Assembly: GCA_965113315.1 (NCBI GenBank)
Contig: OZ220364.1
Source of the DNA: Podarcis vaucheri
Lineage: Eukaryota
Strand: one strand, 5' to 3'
Length of the DNA: 64,000 bases
In this document: in pieces, positions 1 to 12,346 of the stretch
How the letters are laid out: the number at the start of each line of letters is the position of its first letter
How positions within the stretch are numbered: position 1 is the stretch's first letter
The notes under the pieces: generated by a model
The model's input: only the letters and a program-made list of their open reading frames with translations
The model's database searches: none
What the model was told of the DNA's origin: nothing
Position numbers and translations under genes: made by a program

Positions 1-671
1 GATGAATTCCCTGATATACAAGACTCCAAGTTTTTAGAAACCATAAACATTGCAGCAATATATTAAATCAAAGATCCAAAATAGAATCCAATAGTATTTA
101 TCAGCTTCTCTACTGATTTTCATATCAGTCAACCTTGAGGACAGACTGACTTCAATTTGGTGATATTGCTTGATGGATCTCCTTTCACATCTGTTATGAA
201 AATCGGGTTTAAAGACTGTAGAGAGCAATAAGCTGAGATACGAATGAGCCTTGTGCACTCACATGCAACTACTTCACTCTTGACTACTACACAAACAGGC
301 CATTCAAACTGAGAAACCATGGTTAACATCTTCAGAACAAGCCAGGATATGGAGTCATCCTGGCTCTGCATACCCTGCTTGTTCCAAAGCCATTAACCAT
401 AGTTATCTACTTCATAATGCTATACTTAACTGAATACTTCAGACTTAATCCTCATGTAATGGGAGGGCTGAAGCTGCTATGTGTGGGGCCACAAGACTTG
501 TTTATAAGTTGGCCAAGATAACACAGCCTATGTATCAAGTTAGCAACTTTTCAGCAGTATTAGCAGGAAAGGCAGATCTTCCATCTACCACTTAGTCAAA
601 CATGCAGATGGTGCCATCAGAAAGTTAATAAGGGATTCTGATTTTTTTAAAAAAATTCTATTTCTTTTACA

Positions 672-1040
672 TTTAATAATAATTTTTATTATGAATTATA
701 CCCCGCCCATCTGGCTGGGTTTCCCTAGCCACTATGGGCATCTTACAGTGCATATAAAAACATAGTAAATATCCAACATTAAAAACTTTCTGATACAGGG
801 CTGCCTTCAGATGTCTTCTAAAAGTTATGTAGTTCTTTATCCCCTTGACATTGCTGGGAGGGCATTCCACAGTGAGGGTGCCACTGCCGAAAAGGCCTTC
901 TGCCTGGTTCCCTATAACTTCACTTCTCAGAGTGAGGGAACCATCAGAAGACCCTCGGAGGAGGACCTCAGTGTCCAGGCTGAGCTATAGACTCCTCCAG
1001 GTATACAGATATTTATATGCATGAGCAGCTCCTTCAGATA
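672..1040 (-). mobile_element. L2-type LINE 3' fragment
   Basis: A TAT/TAA-rich tail followed by gggagggcattccacag...ggtgccact...gaaaaggcc, typical of squamate L2 3' ends in reverse orientation. Confidence 0.6.
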
Positions 1041-2184
1041 TGTGAATATTCCTATGTTACAATTTTCAGTCACATGTTCTGTATACATGGAGAAGTGAAG
1101 CAGCTACCTGCGGAGCCACAAGGCTAAAAGAAACTGATCTTAGCATACCTACTTCCATCTCAGAAGCAAACACTGCTGCATCCATGTTCAATTTGTATGC
1201 ATTATATTGACTAAATAAATAAAAATTGAAACAGTGCTAACAAAGAGGTCTTCAATCATTTTCTTCTCTTTCCTTTTTTTTTTTAAAAAAAGATACATCT
1301 AATGTTTGGCCTCTACAATCCAAATCTTGCTGTAATTGTCTGTATTTCTCTGTTCATCCTGAATTAACAAGAAATGGGATTACCACTAATTATCAAGCAA
1401 CTTTTTCAGTTTTTCATAGTATTCATATTCTTTATTGGGCCTTTATTTTTTGCCTGTCAAAACATGCCAAGGTCTGCTTAAATACATTCTTACAGAGACA
1501 AAAGTGTTTCCGGTGCATATCAACTCCAAGGAAAAATACTACCTTAGACCTTGCCTTACTCAGAAAGCCTTGTCACAATAGATGTTTTATTTCTAAATGG
1601 CATGTGTTTGCAAAAAGAAAACCTCCTCATATTGTTGTCTGATGGGGTGGCAGCATGGCCCAAATGCTGGTGCAGACTTGTAATTACAAAAGGAAAAAGG
1701 TCTAGAAGGTTATTCAAACCAAACCCTCTTGTGAAAAGGAGACAAAGAAAAAAGGCAAGGATGTAGAACAGGCTTTTTCCTTACGCTGTAGCAGATTCAC
1801 CAAAACTTACAGAACTAGAGACTGTTGAATTTGTAACCATTTAAAACTAGCAGTGACAATGGCCGGATTCCAACTAAAACCATAGTTTTAGCAAGATGGA
1901 AACGAACCTACACAAACCTCAAGCTTTCATATTCTCCTCTCCCATCTCCTTCAAGGAGATCAGGTTTTAAACTTCCAATTGAACCACAGTTAATTCTATA
2001 TCCAAAGCTTAAACAGTAGTTTCAAACAAACCATGCTTAAGATAAATCAGTGTTTGTTGAGTTCAAATGACACATCAAGCTACAGTTGATAAAAAAAAGG
2101 AAGCAAAAGCTTCTGAACTCCATCTTGTGGCCCTGCTAGAACACAGCCCAATGGTTGTTTAGGCTCATTCTTATAATAGTGAAC

Positions 2185-2451
2185 CATGGGTAGGCAAACT
2201 AAGGCCCAGGGGCCATATCCAGCCCAATCCCCTTCTAAAGCTGGCCCGCGGAAGGTCCGGGAATCAGCGTGTTTTTACATGAGTAGAAGGTGTCTTTTTA
2301 TTTAAAATGCATCTCTGAGTTATTTGTGGGGCCTGCCTGGTGTTTTTACATGGGTAGAATGTGTGCTTTTATTTAAAATGCATCTCTGGGTTATTTGTGG
2401 GGCACAGGAATTCTTTCATATATTTTTTCCCAAAATATAGTCTGACCCCTG
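2185..2451 (+). mobile_element. hAT (Charlie-like) non-autonomous element, family B copy 1
   Basis: 8-bp TSD tagtgaac/tagtaaac, termini CA(T)GGGTAGGCAA...GACCCCTG, homologous to the 51827 copy. Confidence 0.8.
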
Positions 2452-3332
2452 TAGTAAACTATAATTTAGTACAGCCTTCCCCACACTGGTACCTTCCAAA
2501 TGCTTTGGACTACAACTATCACCTTTCCTAACCAATAGCCATGCTATCTGAGGCTGATGGGTGTTGGAAAATCGAGGATCACAGGCACAGCTTTAAAAGA
2601 AATTAAGGGGAGGAAGTGGTCCTGCACATTGCTTTTTTGACACCCCAAAATTAGGAAGTCATCAGACAACTGTACAGTGGAACAATAGAATAACAGATGA
2701 ACGTAGTAAAAACGAACTTTACAGTACTTCAGCTTTATTACACTTTGTTGTATAGAAAACTCATTTCCAATATCCATATTTTGCAAGTGGAAAAACTGTG
2801 TTTCCACATAAACAATAGATACAATCTGCTTAAAACTAGATAAACTTATTTTTCAATAATTTCCTTAACAGATAATATATGGGGAAAAACCTGACTACTG
2901 CAAATTCATTATGCAGAATAGCGCAATCAGTTAGAAAACAAGGTAAAAAAAATTTAGGCACATATGTACAACTGGGACACTTGCGAACTAGAGAGTTGGG
3001 CAGCAAAAATCCCAAACTGACAGAGAGCTTTCTGAACACAAGGCTAATGAATGAGATTATGTAACGTTAAACAATTTTGCAACACTAACCAAACCATTTT
3101 AGCTCAGTAGTAGCAAAACCAAGTTTGATTGAGCTAAGAATGTTTATCAATATCTGCCTATCGGGCCGGCACAAAGTATAAAGAATGGGTGGTAGGAACA
3201 AACTTCAAAAGCAGAGTGTACACCATACACTCAATCAGCAAATAAAAAGCACTTCAAACCAGCTCTCTTTCCCTCTATACTCTGCTTTTCATGAATGAAA
3301 CTCTATTGTTTAAAGCCACAGGCTACCACGAT

Positions 3333-3633
3333 AAGGGCTGTCACATGGAAGTTAGAGTAAACTTGTTTTCTACCACTCCGGAGGGTAGGACCCGAACTGA
3401 CGGCTTCAAGTTACAAGAAAGGGCATTCCGACTAAACATCAGGAAGAACTTTCTGACATTCAGGGTTGTTTGACGGTGAAATGGGCTCCCTCAGAAGGAC
3501 TCTCCTTCCTCAGAGATTTTTAAGCAGAGGTTGGATAGCTATCTGTCATGGATGCTTTATTTGAGATTCCTACATTGCAGGGGGTAGGACTAGATGATTC
3601 TCAGGGTCCCTTTCAACTCTGCAGCTCTATGAT
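3333..3633 (+). mobile_element. CR1 LINE 3' fragment
   Basis: Encodes the CR1 ORF2 C-terminus-like LFS..EGRTR..GFKLQE..FRLNIRKNFLT. The 3' UTR ends gtccctttcaactct...ctatgatt. Confidence 0.8.
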
Positions 3634-3671
3634 TTAAAAACAAAAATACTTTTGACATATTTAACTTATAT

Positions 3672-4029
3672 GAAAGGTGAAGGTAAAGGGACCCCTGACC
3701 ATTAGGTTCAGTCGTGGCCAACTCTGGGATTGTGGCGCTCATCTCGCTTAATTGGCCGAGGGAGTCGGCGTACAGCTTCCGGGTCATGTGGCCAGCATGA
3801 CTAAGCCACTTCTGGCAAACCAGAGCAGCACACGGAAACGCCGTTTACCTTCCTGCCGGAGTGGTACTTATTTATCTACTTGCACTTTGAGGTGCTTTCG
3901 AACTGCTAGGTTGGCAGGAGCAGGGACCGAGCAACGGGAGCTCACCCCATTGCGGGGATTCGAACCGCTGACCTTCTGACTGGCAAGTCCTAGGCTCTGT
4001 GGTTTAACCCACAGCGCCACCCACGTCCC
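3672..4029 (-). mobile_element. Full-length Sauria SINE (Squam1-type, Bov-B-mobilised)
   Basis: Minus strand reads GGGACGTGGGTGGCGCTGTGGGTTAAACC... to an (ACCTTT)-like tail. TSD tatttaac(t/a)tatat at 3658-3671 and 4031-4044. Homologous to the 46989 copy. Confidence 0.9.
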
Positions 4030-4187
4030 TTATTTAACATATATACACAAAAGGAAACAGAAAAATAATACTCTTCTCCATGTAAATCACACATTACTCT
4101 TCTACAATAAATTATAAAGATGCTATAAATACAATCACAATCACAATCTGAATCCCCCACCCCCATCCCAAAGCTTTTTGGAATTTA

Positions 4188-4380
4188 CAGTAGTACCTCG
4201 GGTTAAGTACTTAATTTGTTCCGGAGGTCTGTACTTCACCTGAATCTGTTCTTAACCTGAAGCACCACTGCCGGAGCACGATTTCTGTTCTTATCCTGAA
4301 GCAAAGTTGTTAACCTGAAGCACTATTTCTGGGTTAGCAGAGTGTGTAACCTGAAGCGTATGTAACCCGAGGTACCACTG
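4188..4380 (+). mobile_element. Tc1/mariner (Tigger/pogo-like) MITE, family A copy 1, internally deleted
   Basis: TA TSD and TIR CAGT(A/G)GTACCTCGGGTTA. Homologous to five other copies in the window. Confidence 0.88.
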
Positions 4381-4665
4381 TACCTTGTATTTTCTTTGCT
4401 ACTTTGATGATCAGCAAGTCTTTGTCTGCAAGCAAGGTACATATCATGTCCAGGGTGGGTCTGTTTGACACATACTGGAAGATACAAGTAAGGAATGTGT
4501 GCCTAGGGTGCTCACGTAAGGGGAAACTACATCGGTAATGAGAGACATCCTCAATCTGGCCAAACTCAGAAATACAGACTTTGCTGAGTTCGTATGTTAT
4601 TAAACCTCTCATCCAATAAAGTCGACAGCCAAAATGTAAGGATCATTTTCGTACACATTGCTGAT

Positions 4666-4926
4666 GAAGAAGAAGAAGAAGAAGAAGAGTTTGGATTTGA
4701 TATCCCGCCTTTCACTCCCCTTCAGGAGTCTCAAAGCGGCTAACATTCTCCTTTCCCTTCCTCCCCCACAACAAACACTCTGTGAGGTGAGTGGGGCTGA
4801 GAGACTTCACAGAAGTGTGACTGGCCCAAGGTCACCCAGCAGCTGCATGTGGAGGAGCGGAGACTCGAACCCGGTTTCCCAGATTACGTGACTACCGCTC
4901 TCAACCACTACACCACACTGGCTCTC
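4666..4926 (-). mobile_element. tRNA-derived SINE with (CTT)n tail, Squam3-like, relatively young
   Basis: Minus-strand head gagagccagtgtggtgtagtggttgagagcgg...gggttcgagtctcc with A/B boxes, core gtgaccttgggccagtcac, and a (GAA)n run on the plus strand. Confidence 0.75.
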
Positions 4927-6328
4927 TGAAGCAGAAGGATCCATTGCACAAATCTGTTGTGCCTTGTTCCACTGTGTAATGCTGCCTCTGAATGACATAT
5001 CATCATATGACTCCTCAGTCTTGCAACAGAAAACTGTGGTAAGAGAACTGTAATCCTCCCAGTAGTTCAGCTTCCTAAACAGGCCAAAGAGGAAGTATAT
5101 TGTCATTGCTCATGCAACTATACTTACCTACCCCAGCTTTATATTAATAGAATGAATGTTGAAGTAGAGAACAGTGAAAACAGAGCAACAAACGAAAGAA
5201 GATAAAGAAAAACATGGCACACCCAGCAAAAGAAAGCAAAGGCACAGATCAGCAATGAATTGCCTGCCCAAACCAAACACACATACCGCTGATTTAGCAG
5301 CAACCACAGTCGAAGACACCTGCAGGGTCATAAAAAAACCATGCATTTGTTCAATTTCCATCCCCAGTAACATCTCACTATTATGCAACATGTCCAAACA
5401 AGTGAAATCAGACTGGGCAGAATATGAGCTCATACATATCAACTATAAGATCTATATTTTACTAGCAAGAAAAAATTGCGCCCATTAGACTATTTTTGAA
5501 GCTTTGTCATCTGTGGGCCTCTCTAACAAGGCTGCTTGCCAAATTATGTATGGTAATCTTGTGGTATGGATTAATGCCTAAAAATTAGACTCAAGCCATT
5601 CCACTTTTGTTGTTTTCATTCTAGTTCAAAGAAAATGATTATTATACATCTGGCCCCAACCCCTTATGGCTTCACATCTTTCCCTTATGGTTTTTGGGGT
5701 TTTTTAACAGAGCATCACATCAAGAATGAAACAAGTGCCAAGCAATTTCACTTAGTAGTTATTTTAAAACTATGAAACTGAAAACAAAAATTAAATGCAA
5801 CGTTGCTTTCCCTCACATGAGCCATGCAATAGCAAAATAAGTTCTTCAGAACCACTTCCTTTCATATGCCTAAGCAAAGCAGCAATTTGATAGCCATAGC
5901 AGAACCAGTGCAGCAGGGTAGTTAAGTTGCAGACTAACAATATCTAACCCTTGTGCAACCTCCTGGCTTATAGGTAATATTTTATTCCACATTCAATTTC
6001 AATTTCTGACACGCCCCTTCACCACCTGTCCCAGGAGGCATTACAGCCATTTACATATTAAAATCAGTTTATAATATGTTATAGACAAGAGGTGGGTCCT
6101 TAAAAAAACAGAAGCAAAAGAACACTCCTTTTTACAGTGCTACCTCTTTATCAAGGATGCTTTTGTAGGACAATTTCAGTCTACCAAATATGGACCTTTA
6201 ATACTGTAAAACTTATTCAACATTAGTAGGTGGGTCTACTTAGCCATTACTACCTTTCCCCTCAGCAATAAAAATGCTTCTCTTTTATCTTTTCCTAATC
6301 CAGCTCTAGAGGTGCTCTGACTGTACAC

Positions 6329-6464
6329 CACGCATAAGCAAACTCGGCCCTCCAGATGTTTGGGGACTACAACTCCCATCATCCCTAGCTAACAGGACTA
6401 GTGGACAGGGATGATGGGAGTTGTAGTCCCGAAGTCTCTTGAGGGCCGAGTTTGCTTATGCGTG
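6329..6464. mobile_element. Palindromic hAT MITE (136 bp)
   Basis: Perfect 8-bp TSD CTGTACAC, perfect 24-bp TIR, and inner 24-bp inverted arms GGGACTACAACTCCCATCATCCCT. Degraded relatives lie at ~2470, 21950, 23550, 31675, 35490, 36685, 41490, 51390, 54280 and 54590. Confidence 0.9.
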
Positions 6465-7191
6465 CTGTACACCATCCCTTCAAGAGTGAAGACTCCTCCA
6501 AAAAGCAGCTTTGTGTCAACAATGAAGGAAAGTTATAGAACGTCTGAAGCGTCCAACTTGCCTTTGCAGAAAGCATCAGATGAATTAAGGAGTTATTCTA
6601 CATTGCAGGTACATATATGCATGGGGGTATAAAAAGTGAGATGAGAAGGAAACAAAATACAGAAAATTATAGACAATTATAATTAGGTACTTAACAGTGT
6701 TAATTCACAAAGCACTTTAAGCGATATATTCTGGGTCACTCAACCATCTGATACAGGTTTAGGGGATGCAGGGCAGGAGAGAATGGCTGAAATTTGCAAC
6801 CTGCCACTTTTGTCTTATGGAAGCCTTACCGTCACAGCTGAGTGACACTGCTGGATACAACCCAATCGTTTTAATCTGTTTGCATTTTTACAAAGTTAAT
6901 CGATGAATGAGTCATTAATTCTGTTTTCATTAACTACAGTGGTCATTTACTTGTTTAGCACATTTTTGCAATAGATAAAGCTTTTAAATCAGGTCACATA
7001 TAGAATTTTCATGGAATATAAACAAACAAATAAGGTACTTGAGTAAAAACTTCCAGAAACATTTCCTTAAAATTTGCTAGATTAAGGAGCACCAATTACA
7101 ATCAAAACCACTGTAACATTTCCCAAGCCTTCCTGTTAAAACAAGCTGCATGCCTCACTGTTAAAAGAAAATGACAAAGAGAAATACTCAC

Positions 7192-7257
7192 ACTTTCTGG
7201 ATGCTGAATAGCAGCTTCCCACTGCAGTCTTATTCTCTGGGGCATCATCACATCATC
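7192..7257 (-). CDS. B3GNTL1: B3GNTL1/QTGAL coding exon (66 nt) [22 protein letters not shown]
   Basis: Acceptor ttattacag and donor gtgagt, phase 0/0. Matches human [22 protein letters not shown] and completes the DSDD (DxD) motif. Confidence 0.95.
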
Positions 7258-8179
7258 CTGTAATAAATGGCACACTGTAACTATATGTGAAAGAGGGCCC
7301 ACCACTGTTCTCAAACAATAACTAGAGATGGTTGCCAGATTAACTGGTCACTTTACTAGCCCAAGTACAAAACTATAAAATACACAATTGGCTGTAACTA
7401 CTGGAGGGATTCCAGATACCACTTTATTTCAATAGTTTATGCATGGCTACCAGAGTAGTAAATTTAGCCCCCAAAAGAAAATTAACATAAATTAGAACTA
7501 GAAGGGAAAATCCAGACTTTTTACAGTAGACCAAAAGTGAAACTGTTACCATTTTATACAATAAACCAAACCACATTTCAGAATTTCCTACCCACGGCAG
7601 AGCCTAAGTGTTCAAAAATATACTATTACTATGTCTTGCTATTTATGTATATTGATGTGTAAATAACTTTAAAATCATTTTCCTAGCAACTCTAGCAAGA
7701 GTTATGTGAGGGAGTTGGTTATGCTTCTGATTTTATACTTGGGGAACTAAGGCTAAAAGAAAGGCCTCATTAGGATTTGAACCAAAGTATCACTGAAACC
7801 ACTGACTATACTATATTGTAGCCATTTGAACCCACTCGTATCTGCCTGTTTAGGTATTTGTAAATTATATCAACGCCAGCATATAGACTGATCATCATAT
7901 TAACAACTCATTCAAGAAGCCATATTTTGAACTGAGGCTGAAGAGCCAGTGGTATTGGCTGAGCATAAGGGCTCCTCTAGACCCCTTCAGAGCCATCATC
8001 TTATTATGAGCCTCAAGAATCAGACATGATCTACTGATTCTACAAGTTTCGAGTATATGGTGGCAGGCCAAGAGGGTCAAATTCTTGACTGTACTTCTTC
8101 AGCCTGTAGGCGGGAGGTTATTTTTATGAGTGCTGCTACACATTGTTTTTCAGTTTGTTAAACTAAAAGATTAGTGAGC

Positions 8180-8650
8180 AAAGCTATGGTGAAGTGGTAT
8201 AGTCCAGAATTCAACCACTTAAGTCTACCACCTTGTGGAATGGGTCTGGTTTCAAGCTTTAAAAAATTGGGCCCAGGATATTCGACAGACCTCTTGCACC
8301 CATATCAGCCTACCCACACATTCAGATGCACAAGAGAGGCCTTCTATGTGTGTCCATCTCACAGATCAGCGAACTTGGTAACCTTACGACTTCTGAACGC
8401 CATGCGAGTGGATCTTCGACAGGCTCCCACGCTTCAAAGCCTTTCCCTAAAGACGTAACTTTTCCAATGGGCTAATTGGTGATTGATGCTTTATGTCCTG
8501 GATTGTGGTTTGCTACTGCTGTGGGAAGTGTTTTAATTTGCTGCGAAAGCTTTTTTATTGGCTATTCTCCGGGGTCTGTTGATAGTTTGGTGGTGGTTGT
8601 TATTTTATAATTTTTATTGTTGTAAGACACTTTGGACAGAGACTACCCAC
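8180..8650 (+). mobile_element. Degenerate L2-type LINE 3' fragment
   Basis: ttgggcccaggatattcgacagacctcttgcacccatatcagcctacccacacattcagat (LGPGY..D.L.PY.P...R), followed by a T-rich 3' UTR. Confidence 0.45.
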
Positions 8651-9729
8651 ATAAGCTGCCTAATTTTTTTAAAACCCAACTAAACAAAACACCCTTCTGC
8701 CCTGTGCCCCCCATAGCACCTATGAAGTTTCTAACAAGTCTCCCATTAACACGTTGCAGCCGTTCACTCCTATTTGCCTCTGTCCCAGCTTGCACATGGG
8801 CAAATATTTGAAGAGCATAAAGGGGAGAACTCTCCTAAAACCTCTGCTGCCACTGCCGTTTGAGCAAGGGGGTGGAGTGCTTTGCTTGTGGGGAAAGCAA
8901 TTAAGGTGCATAGTCAGGGGATCACAAGGATTAAGAGCTGCAATTGGGAACATTAAGGAGCCCTTGGTCCAAGACTCAGCAACTAGTTCCCTCTCCCTGT
9001 TCTAGGAACTTGAAGCCACCCTAACACTACAGTTTATCCAAAAATGATAACAAGGTTGGGAAACAAATCTGTGCCAGTAGCTACATACAATTAATCTACC
9101 TCAAGGTAAAACAAAAAACTTGAAAGTAAACTTATCAGTTGTAGAAACCTGGTGACAAGAGTCATAAGACTTTTTTCATACATTTGTCAAGTTTCTAACT
9201 AGGGCATAATGTTTTTTTCAAAGACATGTCAGGAAGAAAATGGTCAACTGAGCATACACCTAGATAGCATATTGCTACAGAAGTACATAACATGAATTGC
9301 ATTGGCATGAATAAAGTAGGCATACAACAGAATTAGTGCATCTTTTTGCAGCATTAGTTTAGAAGAAATGAACTACTTTATAATCACTAACCTAAAATGT
9401 AATCATCAGATTGCTCTTATTCAATTATGCTAATAGTTGAAATCAATACAATACAACACAGCTATAAACTGATATACGTTTTAGAAGCTGTGGGATGCTA
9501 TCACGGCCAGTTAGATTTTGGGGGGTTTCCCTTGCTAAAGTTCTCTAGGCATATATTTTTTTCCCACCTTTTTCAACCCCTTCCACAATGTTCCATCTCT
9601 AACTGAAGGAATTTCAATTTTTTAACTGCTTAGGAATATTTCTGTGTCTGCTTTGCTTGGCTCTTATAAACTACATAAAGACAAGCTATAACTTATTCAT
9701 TATACTTCCTGTTTGTTTTCCTACTACTG

Positions 9730-9932
9730 AGAGCCAGTGTGCTGGACTGGTTTGAGTGCAAACCAGGACCTGGAAACCAGAGTTCAAATTCCCACTCAGT
9801 AACGAAGCACACTAGATGAACTTGGGCAAGTCACTGCCTAACCCACCTCACAGGATGGTTGTGGTGATTAAATGCAGGGGGGGGAGTGTATGCTACTTGA
9901 GCTCCTTGGAGACGTAGGTGGGATATAAATGC
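9730..9932 (+). mobile_element. Older Squam3/MIR-like SINE
   Basis: gagagccagtgtg...gagttcaaattcccactcag...cttgggcaagtcac...cctcacagg...ggatataaat. Confidence 0.6.
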
Positions 9933-10136
9933 AATCATGAATGAATAGCTCATCTTGAATCAAGTAGGAAGTAGGATTACACATTGCAATGATCCAGTTG
10001 TTTTTGCTATCGTGCCCTCCATGATTTTATCTGCGGGGGAACTACTGGAAAAGATGCAATACCTTAGCTTGCTGTATGCAACTGGATACAACTGGGTTTT
10101 TCTTTTATACGAGGGACTTCATTGCTTTTTATACTT

Positions 10137-11456
10137 TGCCAAAGAATGCTCCAACTACCGCACAATTGCACTCATTTCACACGCTAGCAAGGTTATGCTT
10201 AAAATTCTACAAGGAAGGCTCAAGCAGTATGTGGACCGAGAACTCCCAGAAGTGCCAGCTGGATTTAGAAGAGGCAGAGGAACCAGAGACCAAATTGCAA
10301 ACATGCGCTGGATTATGGAGAAAGCTAGAGAGTTCCAAAAAGACATCTACTTCTGCTTCATTGACTATGCAAAAGCCTTTGACTGTGTCGACCACAGCAA
10401 ACTATGGCAAGTTCTTAAAGAAATGGGAGTTCCTGATCACCTCATCTGTCTCCTGAGAAATCTCTATGTGGGACAAGAAGCTACAGTTAGAACTGGATAT
10501 GGAACAACTGATTGGTTCAAAATTGGGAAAGGAGTACGGCAAGGCTGTATATTGTCTTCCTGCTTATTTAACTTATATGCAGAATTCATCATGCGAAAGG
10601 CTGGGCTGGATGAATCCATAGCCGGAATTAAGATTGCTGGAAGAAATATCAACAACCTCAGATATGCAGATGACACAACCTTGATGGCAGAAAGTGAGGA
10701 GGAATTAAAGAACCTTTTAATGAGGGTGAAAGAGGAGAGCGCAAAATATGGTCTGAAGCTCAACATCAAAAAAACGAAGATCATGGCCACTGGTCCCATC
10801 ACCTCCTGGCAAATAGAAGGGGAAGAAATGGAGGCAGTGAGAGATTTTACCTTCTTGGGCTCCATGGTCACTGCAGATGGTGACAGCAGCCGCGAAATTA
10901 AAAGACGCCTGCTCCTTGGGAGAAAGGCGATGGCAAACCTAGACAGCATCTTAAAAAGCAGAGACATCACCTTGCCAACAAAGTTCCGTATAGTGAAAGC
11001 CATGGTTTTCCCAGTAGTGATGTATGGAAGTGAGAGCTGGACCATAAAGAAGGCTGATCGCCAAAGAATTGATGCTTTTGAATTATGGTGCTGGAGGAGA
11101 CTCTTGAGAGTCCCATGGACTGCAAGAAGATCAAACCTCTCCATTCTGAAGGAAATCAGCCCTGAGTGCTCACTGGAAGGACAGATCCTGAAGCTGAGGC
11201 TCCAATACTTTGGCCACCTCATGAAGACTCCCTCATGAAGACTCCCTGGAAAAGACCCTGATGTTGGGAAAGATGGAGGGCACAAGGAGAAGGGGACGAC
11301 AGAGGACGAGATGGTTGGATAGTGTTCTCGAAGCTGCCAGCATGAGTTTGACCAAACTGCGGGAGGCAGTGGAAGACAGAAGTGCTTGGTGTTCTCTGGT
11401 CCATGGGGTCACGAAGAGTCGGACAAGACTAAATGACTAAACAACAACAACAACAA
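10137..11456 (+). mobile_element. 5'-truncated Bov-B (RTE clade) LINE with RT domain, 3' UTR and (CAA)n tail
   Basis: Stop-free frame NYRTIALISHASK...FIDYAKAFD...GVRQGCILS...LRYADDT...LQYFGHLM, a 3' end gtccatggggtcacgaagagtcggac... and an ACAACAACAA tail. No clear TSD. Antisense to B3GNTL1. Confidence 0.95.
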
Positions 11457-12306
11457 ATTCCTAGCAGGACCTATGGCAGTAAAACTGAAATATTTCCACT
11501 TGCTCTATGAATAGCAGATTTCCGACTGTTCACATCTCTGCTAAAGAGAGAATGATTATCCTACAATTTTGAATGAAAAGATTAAATGAGGAACTGACTC
11601 ATTGACCCATCTAGACACTTTACTCGCAGGGACTGTAGAAGTGCTCAAACGTACTCTGCATTGTTTCTTTGATTAACTTGCGGGTGATTTTTTTTGGGGG
11701 GGGGAGGGAATCCGCTTTACACAGATGCAAGCAATAAATGAATTAATTTATTAACTCCAGTACTGTACTGGAAATGTGTGTGCTGATCTATTGATCTGAT
11801 CCAGAAGCCCTGCACGTGTGCATATGGTTTCCTATCTCAAACAACTTCTGCATTCATTTCAATAGTGCATTCATTTGCATGTGAGATCTTCTACCTTAGT
11901 TCAAACAAATGGGGAAACAACAGACACATAAGATCTAAGTACACATTTGAGGGTCAACAGATTCTTAGATTTGAGCAAGTTTGCTTAGTTATGCACATCT
12001 GCTCAAGTTCTTATACAGCTGTTTTCATGATTATATTTAAAGTGCCTGTACCTATTTAAACTTTCTTTCCTTCTTTTTCTCTTTCCTGGAGATGTTCCAG
12101 AATCCAACACTGAAGGTAAGATAGCTTTTTCTGTCCAAAGTGTTCAAATAAATGTTTATTTCCAACAAAAGGGACAGTCTCTATTGGCATGAACGTAGAA
12201 TAGATGGTTTACTGTTCAGAGCCTTTGATTTTATTCCCAATAAAATCTTTATGATCTACAGTAAAATTCAGTCTGGAAAAATATTCATTAGGTAGTCTCT
12301 GTGTCT

Positions 12307-12308
<2 letters not shown>

Positions 12309-12344
<36 letters not shown>
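12309..12344. repeat. (AC)n microsatellite
   Basis: Visible dinucleotide run. Confidence 0.95.

Positions 12345-12346
<2 letters not shown>

Noticed and set aside
1-7191. Next B3GNTL1 exon (IIGC.VRR...TERYTRWIN)
   Set aside because: Not found. An FGCR-like snippet near 4620-4635 lacks downstream similarity and a proper acceptor.
9955-11238. 427-aa ORF as a host gene or prokaryote-type RT system (retron, DGR, group II intron)
   Set aside because: It is a 5'-truncated Bov-B LINE. The listed start is a TTG in flanking DNA, and there are no associated ncRNA, template repeats or accessory genes.
10464-11285. 273-aa minus-strand ORF
   Set aside because: It is the antisense shadow of the RT frame, with no independent features.
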